Source: Narcine bancroftii
Taxonomy: Eukaryota
DNA length: 64,000 nucleotides
Assembly (NCBI RefSeq): GCF_036971445.1
Contig: NC_091469.1
Span: 102,610,001 to 102,674,000 of the forward strand
Direction of reading: 5' to 3'
In this document: positions 37,385 to 50,506 of the stretch, piece by piece
Numbering within the stretch: position 1 is the stretch's first letter
How the letters are laid out: each line of letters begins with the position of its first letter
Program-made: the position numbers and the translations under genes
The notes under the pieces: generated by a model
The model's database searches: none
What the model was told of the DNA's origin: nothing
The model's input: the letters and a program-made list of their open reading frames with translations, nothing else

Positions 37385-38082
37385 CAGTAAAATGCCTGCT
37401 ATCCAGCACCTACAAGGATTGTTAGATGCCAGATAAACAAGTTTTCTGGTTGCTTGAGACTCACTCTTACAATCCCTAACTAATACACCTGGATGAAGAA
37501 TAAACAGTTTAAAAGGTAAAAAATAGTATACTGTACTTACACTGAACAAACTTAATTTGCATGAATATATAAACCTTAAAGCATTTTACTTTATTTTCAG
37601 ACACATTCCTTTAAAACTTTTAATTGTTGCTGCATCTGCAGGTTCCACACCTTCCATGTGGCCATCAGAATGATGAATATAATAACACTGTAGATAGTTA
37701 ACCCTCTCCCCACCCCAGTTTACAGATAAAGCTTTATTAGTGTACTTAAATAATATACTAATAGAGATAACGACTCTTACTAAGCAGGGATAAGGAGACA
37801 CTTTGACAGTCACCCCAATGGCAAGCGGCTTCATCCTGGGAAACATCATTGCTGTTTCACTCAACTTTATTCAAACAGCTGCAAAGCACGACCAAGGCAC
37901 TCAACTGGCTGCATATTTGCTCCCATCTTCACCAAAGGTTTATGTGTTACTTCAGAGAACATTTACTTTCACTGTTTTAAACTTTTCTTTCATTTTTTAT
38001 TTATTATAATTTTATTTATTTTGTTTGCCCATTGCTTGAGGTTGCCAGTTGCTTGAATTCCCGATAACAAGGGTTTTTATTG
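37385..38082. mobile_element. Tigger-like non-autonomous DNA transposon
   Basis: TA|CAGTAAAATGCCTGCTATCC ... GATAACAAGGGTTTTTATTG degenerate TIRs. The internal part resembles 6484-6830. Confidence 0.6.
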
Positions 38083-38129
38083 TGTTACAATCTTCTATCA
38101 GGATCCAACTAAAACAACACAGATGCAAT

Positions 38130-40145
38130 TATTTTTTCAACATTCCCTTGTTTTAGAAATTTCTGTGCATCACAATTCTGATGGAATTGTGCACATCCAT
38201 TTGCAGTTCTTGCACAGCTGTGATTGTAGTCTGGTCCTCAAGTGGATCCTTGCGACTAACAAATAAGTGATTGCTGCGACTGGCAATAATCTGCGAAGGG
38301 CAGTGAGGGGGACAGAGGAGGGAGGAGTTATCTCTCCACCTGGCCCAACTTTTCACTGAACAATACCATTAAGAATGCCCATAGACAACATGTTTTTATA
38401 ATCCTTGAAGGAGAGTATCCTAAGAATTTTTGGAGATGCATGAAATCCAGATGGACAGACAACACTAGTGTCCAGATGCTTAAGGTGAATAACTGTTTGA
38501 TCACTGAGGGCCAGAAGAAAGCAGAAACACTTGCAAACCAATTCGAAAATGTCTTTTTCCGGGAAGATGTGGATCCTTCATCTTTTCCTGGTCTACTGCC
38601 CAGTCTGTATATAGACATGCCTTCCATCACATTTGAGGCTGAAGGTGTCAAAAAGTTACTACTTAACATCAATATGGCAAAAGCTATTGGACCAGACCAG
38701 ATTTAGAATCAAGCCATCGAGATTGCAGCTGAAGAACTAGCTCCTGTTCTGCAGTTTATCTGCTAGCAGTTGCTCGACTCAGGTGACCTTCCCCTGGATT
38801 GGAGAAAGGCAAACATCACTCTTCTCTTCAAAAAGGGCTTAATCACCAACCTGGCAAATTATCACCCTGCTTCATTAACAAGCACCTGCTGCAAACTCCT
38901 GGAGCACATACTTGACAGCAACCTGATGAGGCATCTTAGCAGCTGCAATATTCTTGCTGATAATCAGCATGCATTTAGGAAGCAGAGATCACGCGAGACC
39001 CAGCTTATCCTGAGAACAAATGACATGGACAAAAACTTTGATAACAATGTCCCCACTGATTTAGCGGTGTCTCTCCAAAGCATTCGATGTCATTCCCCAC
39101 CAAAGATTACTTAAGAAGCTTGACTACTTCGGTATTCGCTCCAACACAGTTTCTTGATGAAACGTCTCCAGCGGGTGTGTGTGAACGGAAAAAGCTCTGA
39201 ATGGCATCCAGTGTTAAATGGTACATCCCAAGCACAATGTTAGGCACACATTTATTTTCACTCTCCATCAACGACATTCACAGAAATGTTAAAAGCACCA
39301 CTAGATTATTCACGGACAACTGTTTGGTATACCGTCCAATTAAGTCAGCTGGTGATGAGGATGCTCTCCAAAAAGATCTTGATAGCATGGTAGAATGGTC
39401 ACAAAAATGGGGAATGCAATTCAATCCTTCCAAATGCGAAACCATGCAAGTCACCAGGAAGAGAAAACCAGGCAAAATATCATACAAAACCAAACAGACC
39501 AAATACCTTAGCATCAAAATCCAGAACAACCTGTGTTGGAATGATCAGACATATCATACAACGGTGAAGGCAACAGGAGTCCTACATTTTCTGGGATGCA
39601 ACTTCCATCATTGCTCAACTTCTGTCGAGGAGAAGTTGGACTTCACCCTCTTCAGACCACATTTGGAACTGCAAGGGATCCTTCACAAACAAAAACACTG
39701 CTACCACTGAACAAGTCCTGAGAAAGGCAGCCCGATTGTCACAAATATATATGGAAGAGAAGCGAGTGTTACAAAGCTCTTGGATTGATTAAAGTGGAGC
39801 TTTCTCCAATACAGATGTGAACCACACCACCTGACCTACTTTTACAAAATGATAAACTGCCAACTCAATATAGACGACCAGTTCGACACCGAACCCAAGA
39901 CCTCTAGGAGCAGACGAGGGCACACAACCCTATTTGTGGTGCCATCTTCCAAGACAGATGTGTACAGCAATTCATTCTTTCCTCGTACAATTAAAGCATG
40001 GAATAATCTTCATCCTGCCGTCTTCACACAACCAGACCCAGTTAAATTTAAGACAGCTCTTCTCCAAAAATCTCCTCTTAAGCTCACCCTCCTCACCTCC
40101 AGTTTAAATTCCATATGGAATCATTTGGAGGATCTAGAACCAAGA
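38130..40145 (+). mobile_element. Decayed non-LTR retrotransposon of a lineage distinct from the local CR1s (CR1/RTEX-like)
   Basis: EGVKKLLLNINMAKAIGPD, DWRKANITLLFKKG, NQHAFRKQRSRETQL, WGMQFNPSKC and NSFFPRTIKAWNNL. Confidence 0.85.
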
Positions 40146-41134
40146 TGTCAACATGTGGATGGAGAGAGACATACTAGGGATATTATGGTGAAGTTCCCGG
40201 ACTCACAGAATGAGTTCTGGACCATTGATCTAGAGATAGCATGGCAGGTGAGAAAGTTCCATATAAATAATTAAATTATGCCAAAATTAAAGTGAATATC
40301 ATCACCAAATCACACTCATTGCCACACAAACTGACATTCCCTCTGACACCCCACCCCCCCACCCCAGACACCATCACCCACACCCACACACACAGCATAT
40401 TATGCTGAAGCAGTTAGGCTGTATAACTTGATGTAATAGTTAACCTCAGGCCTTTAACGTCAAAGGAAACTTGCCAACCATAGAAATATAAGAATGACTT
40501 TCCTTGTGCTTACCTTTGGTTATGTCCTTCCTCCCCAGTTCACTGGTCTTGCACAGTTCCCTCAGTGGCTTCCACTAGGCTTTTGGAAGGACTCAGCCTT
40601 CACTGATTAATTGCAGAGATCTGTTTAGATGGGCAAAGGACTGGAAGGCTGGTGAATGCACCATTGAAGGCCAAGAATTGACAAGCTGGGGTCACCAGTT
40701 ACAAGACACAAGCATGGGCATTGCTGCAAATATAGATGTTAATTGGCCATGAAAAGAGAGCATTTTCTAGTTTGTCCTCCTGGGACAAGGCTGTCTGTGA
40801 TCCAGAGGAGCATGAACAAAGGTGACCAGCTACCGTGTGGCAATTGTTGGCTCCCCCATGGCAATAGTGGGCACCCAAGTGGCATCCCATCCTGCTCCAG
40901 GGTGTCAACTAATAAAATTGATTGGAGCCTCTTGAGTCTTCAATCCTTGCCAAGGGCTTGGGCAGCCTTGTATGCAGTACAAGCAAATGCCCATCGTGGG
41001 CAACACTGTGATGGCACCAGTTCCTGGAAAGGCTGGTGATGGTTGCTTCTTGCATCCTGTCTGCCAAGGTGGTCCATACATTAAACATTTCCACATACAG
41101 CTATCCCAGCTCCTGATCTACACAGTTCTCACAC

Positions 41135-42130
41135 GTTTATGTGTAGGTTTGAATGTGTAATCATGTGTTGTAGTGAGTTTTTTAATCAGTGTGTGCTGGT
41201 GTGTGTAGATGTTAGTGTAAATATGTGTTGGTGTAAATGTGTGTGTGTGTGTGTTAGTGCAACAGTGGCTGTTGGTGTGAGTGTGTGCTGGTGTGGGTGT
41301 TGATGTGAGTGTGAGTGTTGGTGTGAGTGTGTGTGTTGATGTGGATGTGTGCCTTAGTGTGAGTGTTGGTGTGAATGTGAGCATGTGTTGGTGTGAGTGT
41401 GTTTTGGTGAGAGAGTAGGTGTTAGTGTGAATAAGTGTGTGATGGTGTGAATGTGTGTGAGTGTGAGAGTGGGTGTGAAAGTGGGTGTGAGTGTGTAATG
41501 GTGTGTGTGTAATGTTGTGAATATGTGTTTGGGAGAGTATGTGTTGGTGTGAGTATGGGTGTTAGTGTGAGTGTTGGTGTGAGAGTGGATGTGTGCGTTG
41601 GTGTGAGTGTGCGATGGTGTGAGTGTATGATGGTGTGTGTAATGGTGTGAGTGTGTAATGGTGTGAGTGTGTAATGGTGTGAGTGTGTAATGGTGTGAGT
41701 GTGTAATGGTGTGAGTGTGTAATGGTGTGAGTGTGTAATGGTGTGAGTGTGTAATGGCGTGAGTGTGTAATGGCGTGAGTGTGTAATGGCGTGAGTGTGT
41801 AATGGCGTGAGTGTGTAATGGCGTGAGTGTGTAATGGTGTGAGTGTGTAATGGTGTGAGTGTGTAATGGTGTGAGTGTGTAATGGTGTGAGTGTGTAATG
41901 GTGTGAGTGTGTAATGGTGTGAGTGTGTAATGGTGTGAGTGTGTAATGGTGTGAGTGTGTAATGGTGTGAGTGTGTAATGGTGTGAGTGTGTAATGGTGT
42001 GAGTGTGTGATGGTGTGAGTGCGTGATGGTGTGAGTGCGTGATGGCGTATGTGATGGTGTGAGTATGTATTGGTGTATGTGTTGGTGTGAGTGTAGATGT
42101 GAGTGTGTGTGTTGGTGTGTGTGAGTGTGA
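41135..42130. repeat. GT-rich tandem array with a 16-bp core (AATGGTGTGAGTGTGT)n, about 23 copies
   Basis: Near-perfect period-16 core at about 41635-42010 with degenerate (GT)-rich flanks. Confidence 0.95.
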
Positions 42131-43084
42131 GATGCCTGATCCCATGGCTTGATTCCTGATTGACTGCACTGCCCTGTTTTCCGGATCCAGTTTTAAAACC
42201 CTCCAGTTTGTATTCTTGTCAATCCTTTCAGTTCTCCAAAGTATTTCACTGGCAACAAGCTCCCTGTAAAGTTTAAAGTCAGCTGGATGACAGTTTTTGG
42301 AGGGTTTGTACCCAAAGACCTGGAACCTGAGTTAACAAGAAAATGTGCAGATGATGGTGGTCGAGGGAAATACACAAATGTGCTGGAGAAACTCAGCAGG
42401 TCACACAGCATTCATCCTTTGACTGGGCCCAGGCCCAAAATGTTGGTTACTTTTTGAGGATGCTACATGACCTGCTGAGTTTCTCTAGAATACTTGTGGA
42501 TTGCCTGGAATTTGAGAGTTCGGAGTTAGTTCTACTGTAAAGACTACAATTAACAGAGTACCCCAAATTGTAACAAATAACCTCTGTGCATTCTCTTTCA
42601 GGAAAGTCGACGTGCATACTCCCTGTAACTGCTCGTACTTGAGGTGAGGTGTGGGCACCAACCATTCTTGCAGACAGTGACTCTCCCTCAACATCCAATG
42701 GGAAACTCAATAAATATCAGCAGCACTAGTACGAGTTTCTCACTGGCATCTTTCTCCAGAGAGAGCATTCAGTTGGGTATGAGATTCACCCATTTAAAGG
42801 ATGGCTAGAGAGGGATATAGTGGCATAAATGTTCACTGACATTTACACAGTTGGTTACATTGGCATGATTACACTACTCAAGAATTTTTTCCAAAATGTT
42901 TGCTTCCTGAAAAAAAATTGGGGATTAAGATAACTAATTTCAAACTGAACACAAATAATTTCATATTTACTGTATCACATTGGAAGTTGGAGAAACATTA
43001 AATTCATATTTATTAAATTTAGTATGTTTGTAATTATGCTAATGACGGCGACACATTGTGTTATTCAACTGTTTTGCTACTAAT

Positions 43085-43443
43085 TTTCAAATGTACTCAG
43101 CATCTGATGCCTCTCCTGTCAGTGTCCAACAATAGTCGGCCAACATTTCTGATACTGCTTCTCCAATGTCCTGGTGAAACCTTTCACTATTTTCGTCACT
43201 GACTGCACCAACATCAGGAGGGAGCAAGTGCAAATGCAGAAAATGAATTTTCACTGACAAGTTGCACTTCATGGTTTTGTATCCTTGAATCAGGTTAAAA
43301 ATGACAGGAAATCACAAAAATAGCTTGTATCTCAAAAACAGTACGTGATAGGAAAACGTTAAGGTGATTTGAGTGATCAGCAGCCCAAAATCCATAGAAT
43401 AGACCCAAAAGTGTTCAGGAAGCAAAATCTTCATTGTCCAGTG
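43085..43443 (-). mobile_element. Internally deleted DNA transposon, Chapaev-3/CMC-like
   Basis: SVKIHFLHLHL..GAVSDENSERFHQDI..MLADYCW transposase C-terminal motif and a CACTGGACAA terminus. Superfamily assignment is from memory. Confidence 0.65.
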
Positions 43444-46058
43444 TGTGCATTCCCCCAGGATGCTCGTTTCCTCCCATATCCTATGGACATGTGGATTCAT
43501 AGGTTGATTGTTAATCACTGTACACAGAAGTGCAGGAGAAACTCGGCAGGTCACGCAGCATCCACGTGAGGTAATGCGTAACCAAGGGTTTTGGCGTGGG
43601 CACTTTGCCAGGAATAAGAAAAACAGGGAGATGCCCAAATAAAAAGGTGAGGTGTTGGGAGGTGGGGGGGGGGGGTGGGGGGAGAAGGGAAGTGGAAGAA
43701 GTAGCAACAACAACACAGACTGACTTGTTTAACTTAGTTGTCTGCTGTAAACTGCCTCTATTTATAGGTGAGTGGGGGTGGGGAGAAATTGATGAGAATT
43801 TTAAAAATGGGATCATTGTGCAGTTGTTGCTGGTTACCAAGGACTCACCCGACTGAAAGGCCTATTTCAGTGCTGTACAACACTGACAACAATCCACGAT
43901 AGTGGAGTAAGGGGAGGGAAACAAGAACGCAGTCAGGTATATGCAGTTGTTGAGTGACTTTACAAGGGACGAGATCAAATTAAAACAACAACATTCAAGT
44001 TTTTTTTTAAAAAAGGCATCAATCAAAATGCTAAAACTAAAGATTGAAAATTCTTTCTAGGGTCCCTGACCTAGTAATGATCAATGTACTCTTAGACAAA
44101 TCCAAATTGTAACTCAACAAATGGAACTATTTTAGGCTTACAATCAAATGCAGCTGTGTTTAAAGATATTGGGTGTTCATAGAAATGAAGAACTAGAAAG
44201 TCAGAATTTGTGTCACAATGGTAAACTTCCCCCTCTCTTGTGAATGCTTGTGACCGAAGACCTAAAAATAGGAGGATCTTGGTTAAAGGTAATGACTTTA
44301 ACACAACTGGAATGGCTTAGAATAACAATGAATAATAACCTAAGGAAATAAAATAAACAAGACTTATAGTACATCATAAAGTAAGGATCATCTGAAAGCC
44401 CAGAGTGATACTCTGCTTCACAAGTTGCTTATCCCATATTTGATCCATCAAGGAGGACTGAAATGTTGGTTCAGGAAACCCCAGAATGATGCATCGGAAT
44501 GCAGTGACAAAGCAAACCAATCTCATGGTGGAGGGAGAGAAATGCACCTGAGTGGATTAGCCACAAATATTTAACGCAATTAATAGTATATTTAAAAGAA
44601 AATCATCTTCTGAAGGTTAGTCATTCACACATAAACTATCCACCCTCCCAATAAGACAATATTAGGAAGGTGTATAATTATGGCCCAAACACAAATGATG
44701 GAACTTTTGAGATCACGCTCCTCTCGTGATTTAATGCCTATCCAAGTAGATTGGACGGGTGACTCCACAAATCTGGCGTGCTCTCAGCAAGTAACAGAAC
44801 CTGTCTTCCCCCATGGACTACACATTAATCCGTGGGAATAGGGTTGGGGGGGGGGGGGGGTGCAGAATCACAAATGCTCAGGAGGACATGAAATTATCCT
44901 TGCTATTCAAAGGGGGTTGCAACCTTATGTAAAATCTTTTGCCCCTGGAAATAATTTTTCATGCCCGGTTATACAGCCAATTTTTTTTGTGTTAAATCTT
45001 TCATGTCATGCTTAAATGCTCATTCCTAAGGAAAGAAATTGGAATTGATGGGCTGATTGAGTTTCTAAGTTATACTGCTATGTTTGGTGACTTGCTTGAA
45101 CAGACATCCTGACTCTGAAGCTGAATGATGGTGACCTCAGCCAGCAGTCAGTGGGAGAACTAAAACAAAGACAAAATGAAAAGGAAAACTAAAGCTGAAA
45201 TAAATCATTGGATAAGAATTGTATCTCGTGCTACCTGTGATGCAACTGATTGTTATTGTATCTGGTAAATAACAGGACAGGCAGGGAGAGCAGATGAGGT
45301 TTTGGTTCAGCAAGGACAAGAAAAGATGACTTAAAAGTGACTGATGTCTTGAGGCGTTAGAACACCAGTCACATGTTTGGGAGGGTGAAGGGGGTTGGAC
45401 CCAATCACCACTTTTGCAGCAAGACCACATATAAACTCAAAGTAAACCAATGTTGAAGTCAAGCAGATGGATTGTGAATACAGTGGTGACCACATTTTAA
45501 ATAACTTTGTAAATTCTTCACCTTATTCATATTTCTAAAGCATCGTTCAAATCGAGGCACCTACAAGATTTGTCAAGGAAACTGTTTGCTTCAACACTCT
45601 CCAGAGCCCATGCAGTAGATGATCCAATACAGAGAGTTCTCTAGAGTAGGTACTGGTAACCTGAGAAACTTTTAGTCACTTTTAGTCACTTTTAGTCAGG
45701 AAATTTACTCACTCATTTGGATTGCCATCATCCAAGGGTCTTGTATCAATCAATCATTGCATGTGGTTTTTCTTTTTATAGCGAAAGGGTGTTAGTGGAG
45801 GACAAATTTAGAGCAACTTGAAAGAGATCCGAAGGCAGAGGTAAAGACCTAAAAAGATGGGGACAAGTTCATATGAGCACAAAGGCTGCACACTGCTCCA
45901 GTGCTGGCATCCAAGGGGCTCAGGAGGTTGGAACAGCAGGCTGGTTCTGATAGTTGAGACAAGGACTGAAGTTACAGAGTTCTTCTCGGGTCTCTAATGT
46001 ACCAATCCTTAATGCAACGCACACAAAACCATCAGACACAAAGTCCAAAGGCTTAAAC

Positions 46059-46064
46059 TTTATT
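46059..46064 (-). terminator. Probable EDF1 polyadenylation signal
   Basis: AATAAA on minus about 335 nt after the stop codon, followed by a GU-rich tract (TTTGTGTCTGATGGTTTTGTGT). Confidence 0.7.
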
Positions 46065-46396
46065 TCTACAGAAACCTGCAGGGAAAGTAAGAGGAGATCA
46101 TATGCACCTCCCTGGAGGTGGAAGAGTTTGGGAAATCGAGATTTAACACAAATAAAGTTTTCACACTTCTGTTCCTGGTTAGAGATTAATCACATTCAAA
46201 ACTATGCCTGGGAATCAGACAGAGCATCAGAGAGTAAGCTTTTCTTTGGGTGAAGTGCAATGCCAGCAGATGGATCGGTTACTCAGCTGTGGCAGCCCAT
46301 AATCCCTCCCGAATTCAGCTTGGCAATAATGTCATTCTGACTTCTAAAAAAGCCAGGGGAGACCAGTTCAGAAGAACTGATTTCGAGGCTTTGTTC

Positions 46397-46458
46397 TCAT
46401 TTTTTCTTCGGTCCCTTCTCCAGCGGTTGTCCAATATCCTTCCCACGCAACTTGAGGC
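46397..46458 (-). CDS. EDF1: EDF1 coding exon 5 (stop)
   Basis: Pyrimidine-rich acceptor ending taaag. Encodes (G)LKLRGKDIGQPLEKGPKKK*, 62 nt. Confidence 0.95.
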
Positions 46459-47019
46459 CTTTAAAAAGAAAAAGATAGTTCAGTTAATGCCAGGTAAGTC
46501 TGCACAGGACAATCAAACTTACTGGCTAAACTCAGAGTTGGAAGATGGTTAGGAATGAGACTACAAAAGGGCTGCCATTCACCATCAGCAGAATCCCTCC
46601 TTGAATCACTGCACTGTGAGACAAAATCTTGTTTGGTTGTGGACACAAGGGATTTTGACCCAGTCAGGAAGAACACAAAATAGTACATTTCCAAGTCCAG
46701 AGGATGTAGGAACTGGAAGAGAGCTTGCAAGTGGTAGAAAGCCCTTGTCCTCGGGCTGCTACAGAGTGCATGTTGGGGAGCAGAGTTAAAACATCTTGCA
46801 GTTGATGTAGAGCACAGGCAGGTGACAGAGAGAACACTTAGGTCAGTGGTCAGAATAGTGATCAAGTGGGCTGCTTTGTTCAGGCTGATGTGGAGCTACA
46901 AATTACCAATTTCCCTTGCATTAAAATAAGCACACTTCAACACATCAATCTCACTGTGTTCATCCTGTCCATCCTTTTAGATATGCTTCAGAAGCAGAAT
47001 TTTTTGTCATGAAACTCGT

Positions 47020-47770
47020 TGTGCAGATCTTTTAAAAGTGCTGATGTGCAGAGGTATTTGGGAATCCAGGTCCATGCAAGTGGCCACACCAGTAGATAGG
47101 GCAGTAAAGGAGACACATGGGATGTTTGCCTTCAAAGGGAAAGGCAATGGGAACAAGAGTAGGGAAGGCATGTTGCAGCTATATAAAAATATGTTGAGAT
47201 TACATTTAGAGTAGGAGTACTGTGTGCAATTCTGGTTATTAAAAGGATGTGGAAACTTTGGAAAGGGTGTAGAAGAGGTTTACCAGAATGCTGTCAGGAT
47301 TATGAGGTAGCAGGAGTGGCCAACCTTTTAATTTTGACATACAGCACAGTAACAGCCCATTTCAGCCCACGAGTATGTACCGAGGGTGTAGGTTAATTGG
47401 GCACCATGGAATTGTGGACCAAAATGGCCTGTTGCTGTGTTGTACATCTAAATTAAAAAGGTTGGCCACCCCTGAACAAGAGGTTGGACAAATTTGGAAG
47501 TGTTTTCTCTAGAATATCAGAGGCTAAAGGGAGACCTAAAATTATGAGAGGTATAGATAGAGTAGACAATCATGGCAGAATAATAAATCAGCACAGACTA
47601 GAAGGGCCAAAAGGCCTAATCAGAATCTTTTTTCCTGGGTAAAAATGTTAAATACGAGAGGGGTGTTTAAGATGAGATGAGGGGAGGTGTTGAAAGGAGA
47701 TTTGCTGGGCAAGTTGTTTACACAGAGTAGTGAGTGCCAGAATGGGCTGCCAGGTGCCGTAGTGGAAACC
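47020..47770 (+). mobile_element. Old CR1 fragment containing a small hAT-like MITE (about 47311-47475)
   Basis: EYCVQFW relic and TIR pair CAGGAGTGGCCAACCTTT / AAAGGTTGGCCACCCCTG. Confidence 0.65.
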
Positions 47771-48323
47771 ATCCCAATCCTTGCACATTCCCACATCACT
47801 GATGAAAGCTTTGCTGGGTCAGATAGACTATCACCTTGAAATCAGAAGCTGAGGTCAACGCTACACAATTTTACGTGATGGTGTTTTTTTTTTTGACACA
47901 TTATTTATTATGACAACAGCCATTTAGCCCAGTGCCTTTGCTGCCTGTCAGGCATCTCCATCAATTCCCTTCCCCCACATGTATCCAGAAGCAGTTCTCT
48001 CTCAAGTCCCTTAGTCCTCCCAGCCTTGATTCTCCAACACAAGTAGGAATCTTTGACTGTGGCCAATCAACCTACCATCATACCTTTGGGATCCCCAAAT
48101 TATATCAGCCCAGGTTAGGATCAAACCTCGAGCTCTGTGGCAGCAGCACGACTTGCTGCACTGCTGTACACCCAGTGCTAACAAAACAAAGTATGACAAA
48201 GGTACAAAGGGAAGCTCATGATGATCCAACTGAACTCCTGCCAGCAACGAGGTCGGATGAAGGAGGGCTGGAAACAGAGGTCTAGGTGTTCCTCGCCACC
48301 CTGAATAAAATTTATGCACTCAC

Positions 48324-48417
48324 CAATCACTCTTTCAACCTTGCCAAGAACCTGGTTGTTAGGAATAGCTTTTCCACACTCGTAGTCAGCAATGACTTGA
48401 GGCTTCTCGCTAATTCT
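48324..48417 (-). CDS. EDF1: EDF1 coding exon 4
   Basis: Acceptor gcctcttcag, donor G|gtgagt. Encodes [31 protein letters not shown] (HTH region), 94 nt. Confidence 0.97.
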
Positions 48418-50252
48418 CTGAAGAGGCAACAAGAAGCATGAATTAGACTGAAAGAAATTTACTTCCTGCAGCTTAGGATTTTTAAAGCAAGCTGAGACAA
48501 GGGTAATGGCTGTGAAAATATCCCATAAAGTGAGCCCTTTTGCTAGAACACCCTAAACAGAGCGACACCACAGTCGCCAGGAGTGGGTGTTACCTGTTCT
48601 CAGGACTTGAACCATCAATCAACTAATCAAGTCACATGTGGAGAACATTCTCTTAAGTGCACATATTTTAATGTAAGGAGCATTGTAAATAAGGAGGATG
48701 AGCTTAAGGCATGGATAGACACATGGAAATACGATATTGTGGACATCAGTGAAACTTTTGTTGCAGGAAGGGTGTGTTTGGCAGTTAAATATTCCAGGAT
48801 TCTGTTGCTTTAGGCATGATAGAACATTGGGGGATTAAAAGGTGGAGGAGTTGCATTACTTATTAGAGAGAACATTACAGCAGTGCTGTAGCACGATGGT
48901 TTGGAGGGATCGTCCAGCGAGGTTATTTGGGTAGAACTGAGGAATGGCAGAGGCATGAAAACATTAATGGGAGTGTATTATAGTCCACCAAATGGGCTAA
49001 GGGAATCGGAGAAACAAATTTATAAGGAGATTGCATAATAAACACAAAGTGGTAGTTATGGGAGATTTCAACTTTCTGCACATTAACCGGGATGCCCATA
49101 CAGTAAGAGGGCTGGATGGGGTAGAGTTTGTCAAGTGTATTCAGGAAAGTTTTCGTAATCAGTACGTAGAAGAACTGACTCAAGAGGGGACAGTATGGGA
49201 TCTCCTATTAGGGAACGAGATAGGTCAGGTGCCTGAGGTTTGTGGCGGGGAACACTTTGGGTCTAGTGATCACAATACTATTAGTTTTAGGCTAGTAATG
49301 GAAAAGAATAGAGATGGGTCAAAGGTTGATATTCTTGATTGGAAGAAAGCAAATTTCAAGCGAATAAGAAAAGATTTGGAGAGTGTGGTTTGGGATATGA
49401 TATTTTCAGGGAAGGATGTAGCAGATAAATGGAGGATATTCAAAGGAAAAATTTTGAGAGCACAAAGTCAGTATAGCCCCGTGAGGATTAAGGGAAAGGC
49501 TTGAAACTATAGGGAGCCTTGATTTTCAAAAGATATTGGGACTTGGTTGTGAGAAAGAGGGATGTGTACAATAGGTTTAAACAGCAGGAGAATTGTTTGA
49601 GGAATACAAGGAGTGTTAAAAAAAAAACAACAAAGAAATTAGAAAGGCTAAAAAGGGATATGAAGCTGCTTTGGTAGGCAAAGTAAAAATAAATCCAAAG
49701 GGTTTCTATAGGTACATTAAAAGTAAAAGAATAGTGAGGGATAAAATTAGGCCCCTTGAAGATCAAAGTGGGTAGGCTCCGTGAGAAGTCAGAGAAGATA
49801 GGAGAAATTATAAATGTTTTTATTCTTCACTGTTCACTAAGGAAAAGAATATTGAGCCAGATGAAGAAATATAGTAGGGAGATCATGAATAATATAAGGA
49901 TTAATGAGTAAGTAGTATTGGATATATTAAAAAAGATCAAGGTGGATCATCTCCGGGTCCCGACAAAATATTTCCTAGGACCCTGAGGAAGGTTAGTGTA
50001 CAAATAATGGGAGTATTGACAGAAATATTCAAAATGTCATTGGCCACAGGGGAGATGCCGGAGAACTGGAGAGTGACTCATGTTGTTCCGCTGTTCAAAA
50101 AAGTCTGACATCTGTGGTGGGCAGATTAATGGAAAGTGTCCTTAAAGATGGTATATCCAATTATTTGGAAGGACAGAGATTGATTCGGATAGTCAGCATG
50201 GTTTTGTACGGGGCAGATCACGTTTAACAAATCTTTGAGTTTTTTGAGGAGG

Positions 50253-50506
50253 GATATCTTCTACAAGCCCATCAACTCCTGCAGCTCTCTCAACTACACT
50301 GCTATTACATATGCTCCCAGGACCAGGTCTTCCATGCAAGATTATCTACGAATGATTCCACCTGCATTGAATTCACCCATCGTTATTGAATGAAGATCTA
50401 CCGGGACCAATGCCTGAAGACGGCGCACAAAATCAGTGAACCGGTGCGGACTTGAAAGGCCAACATGGCCTGTTTCCGCTCCATAAATGGTTATATGGTT
50501 ATATGG
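50253..50506 (+). mobile_element. Short mosaic retroposon with CR1-type tail inserted in the CR1 RT
   Basis: Interrupts GAGGAGG|TCACTAAAAAGG, ends in (ATGGTTAT)n, and shares its 3' part with 37162-37265. Confidence 0.7.

Noticed and set aside
40700-41110. Possible very old L1 RT fragment on minus (GMPLGCPLLP resembling RQGCPLSP)
   Set aside because: Too degenerate to support as a feature without an alignment.
41354-42169. 271-aa His/Thr-rich ORF
   Set aside because: It is a translation of the stop-free strand of a (CA)-rich 16-bp tandem repeat.
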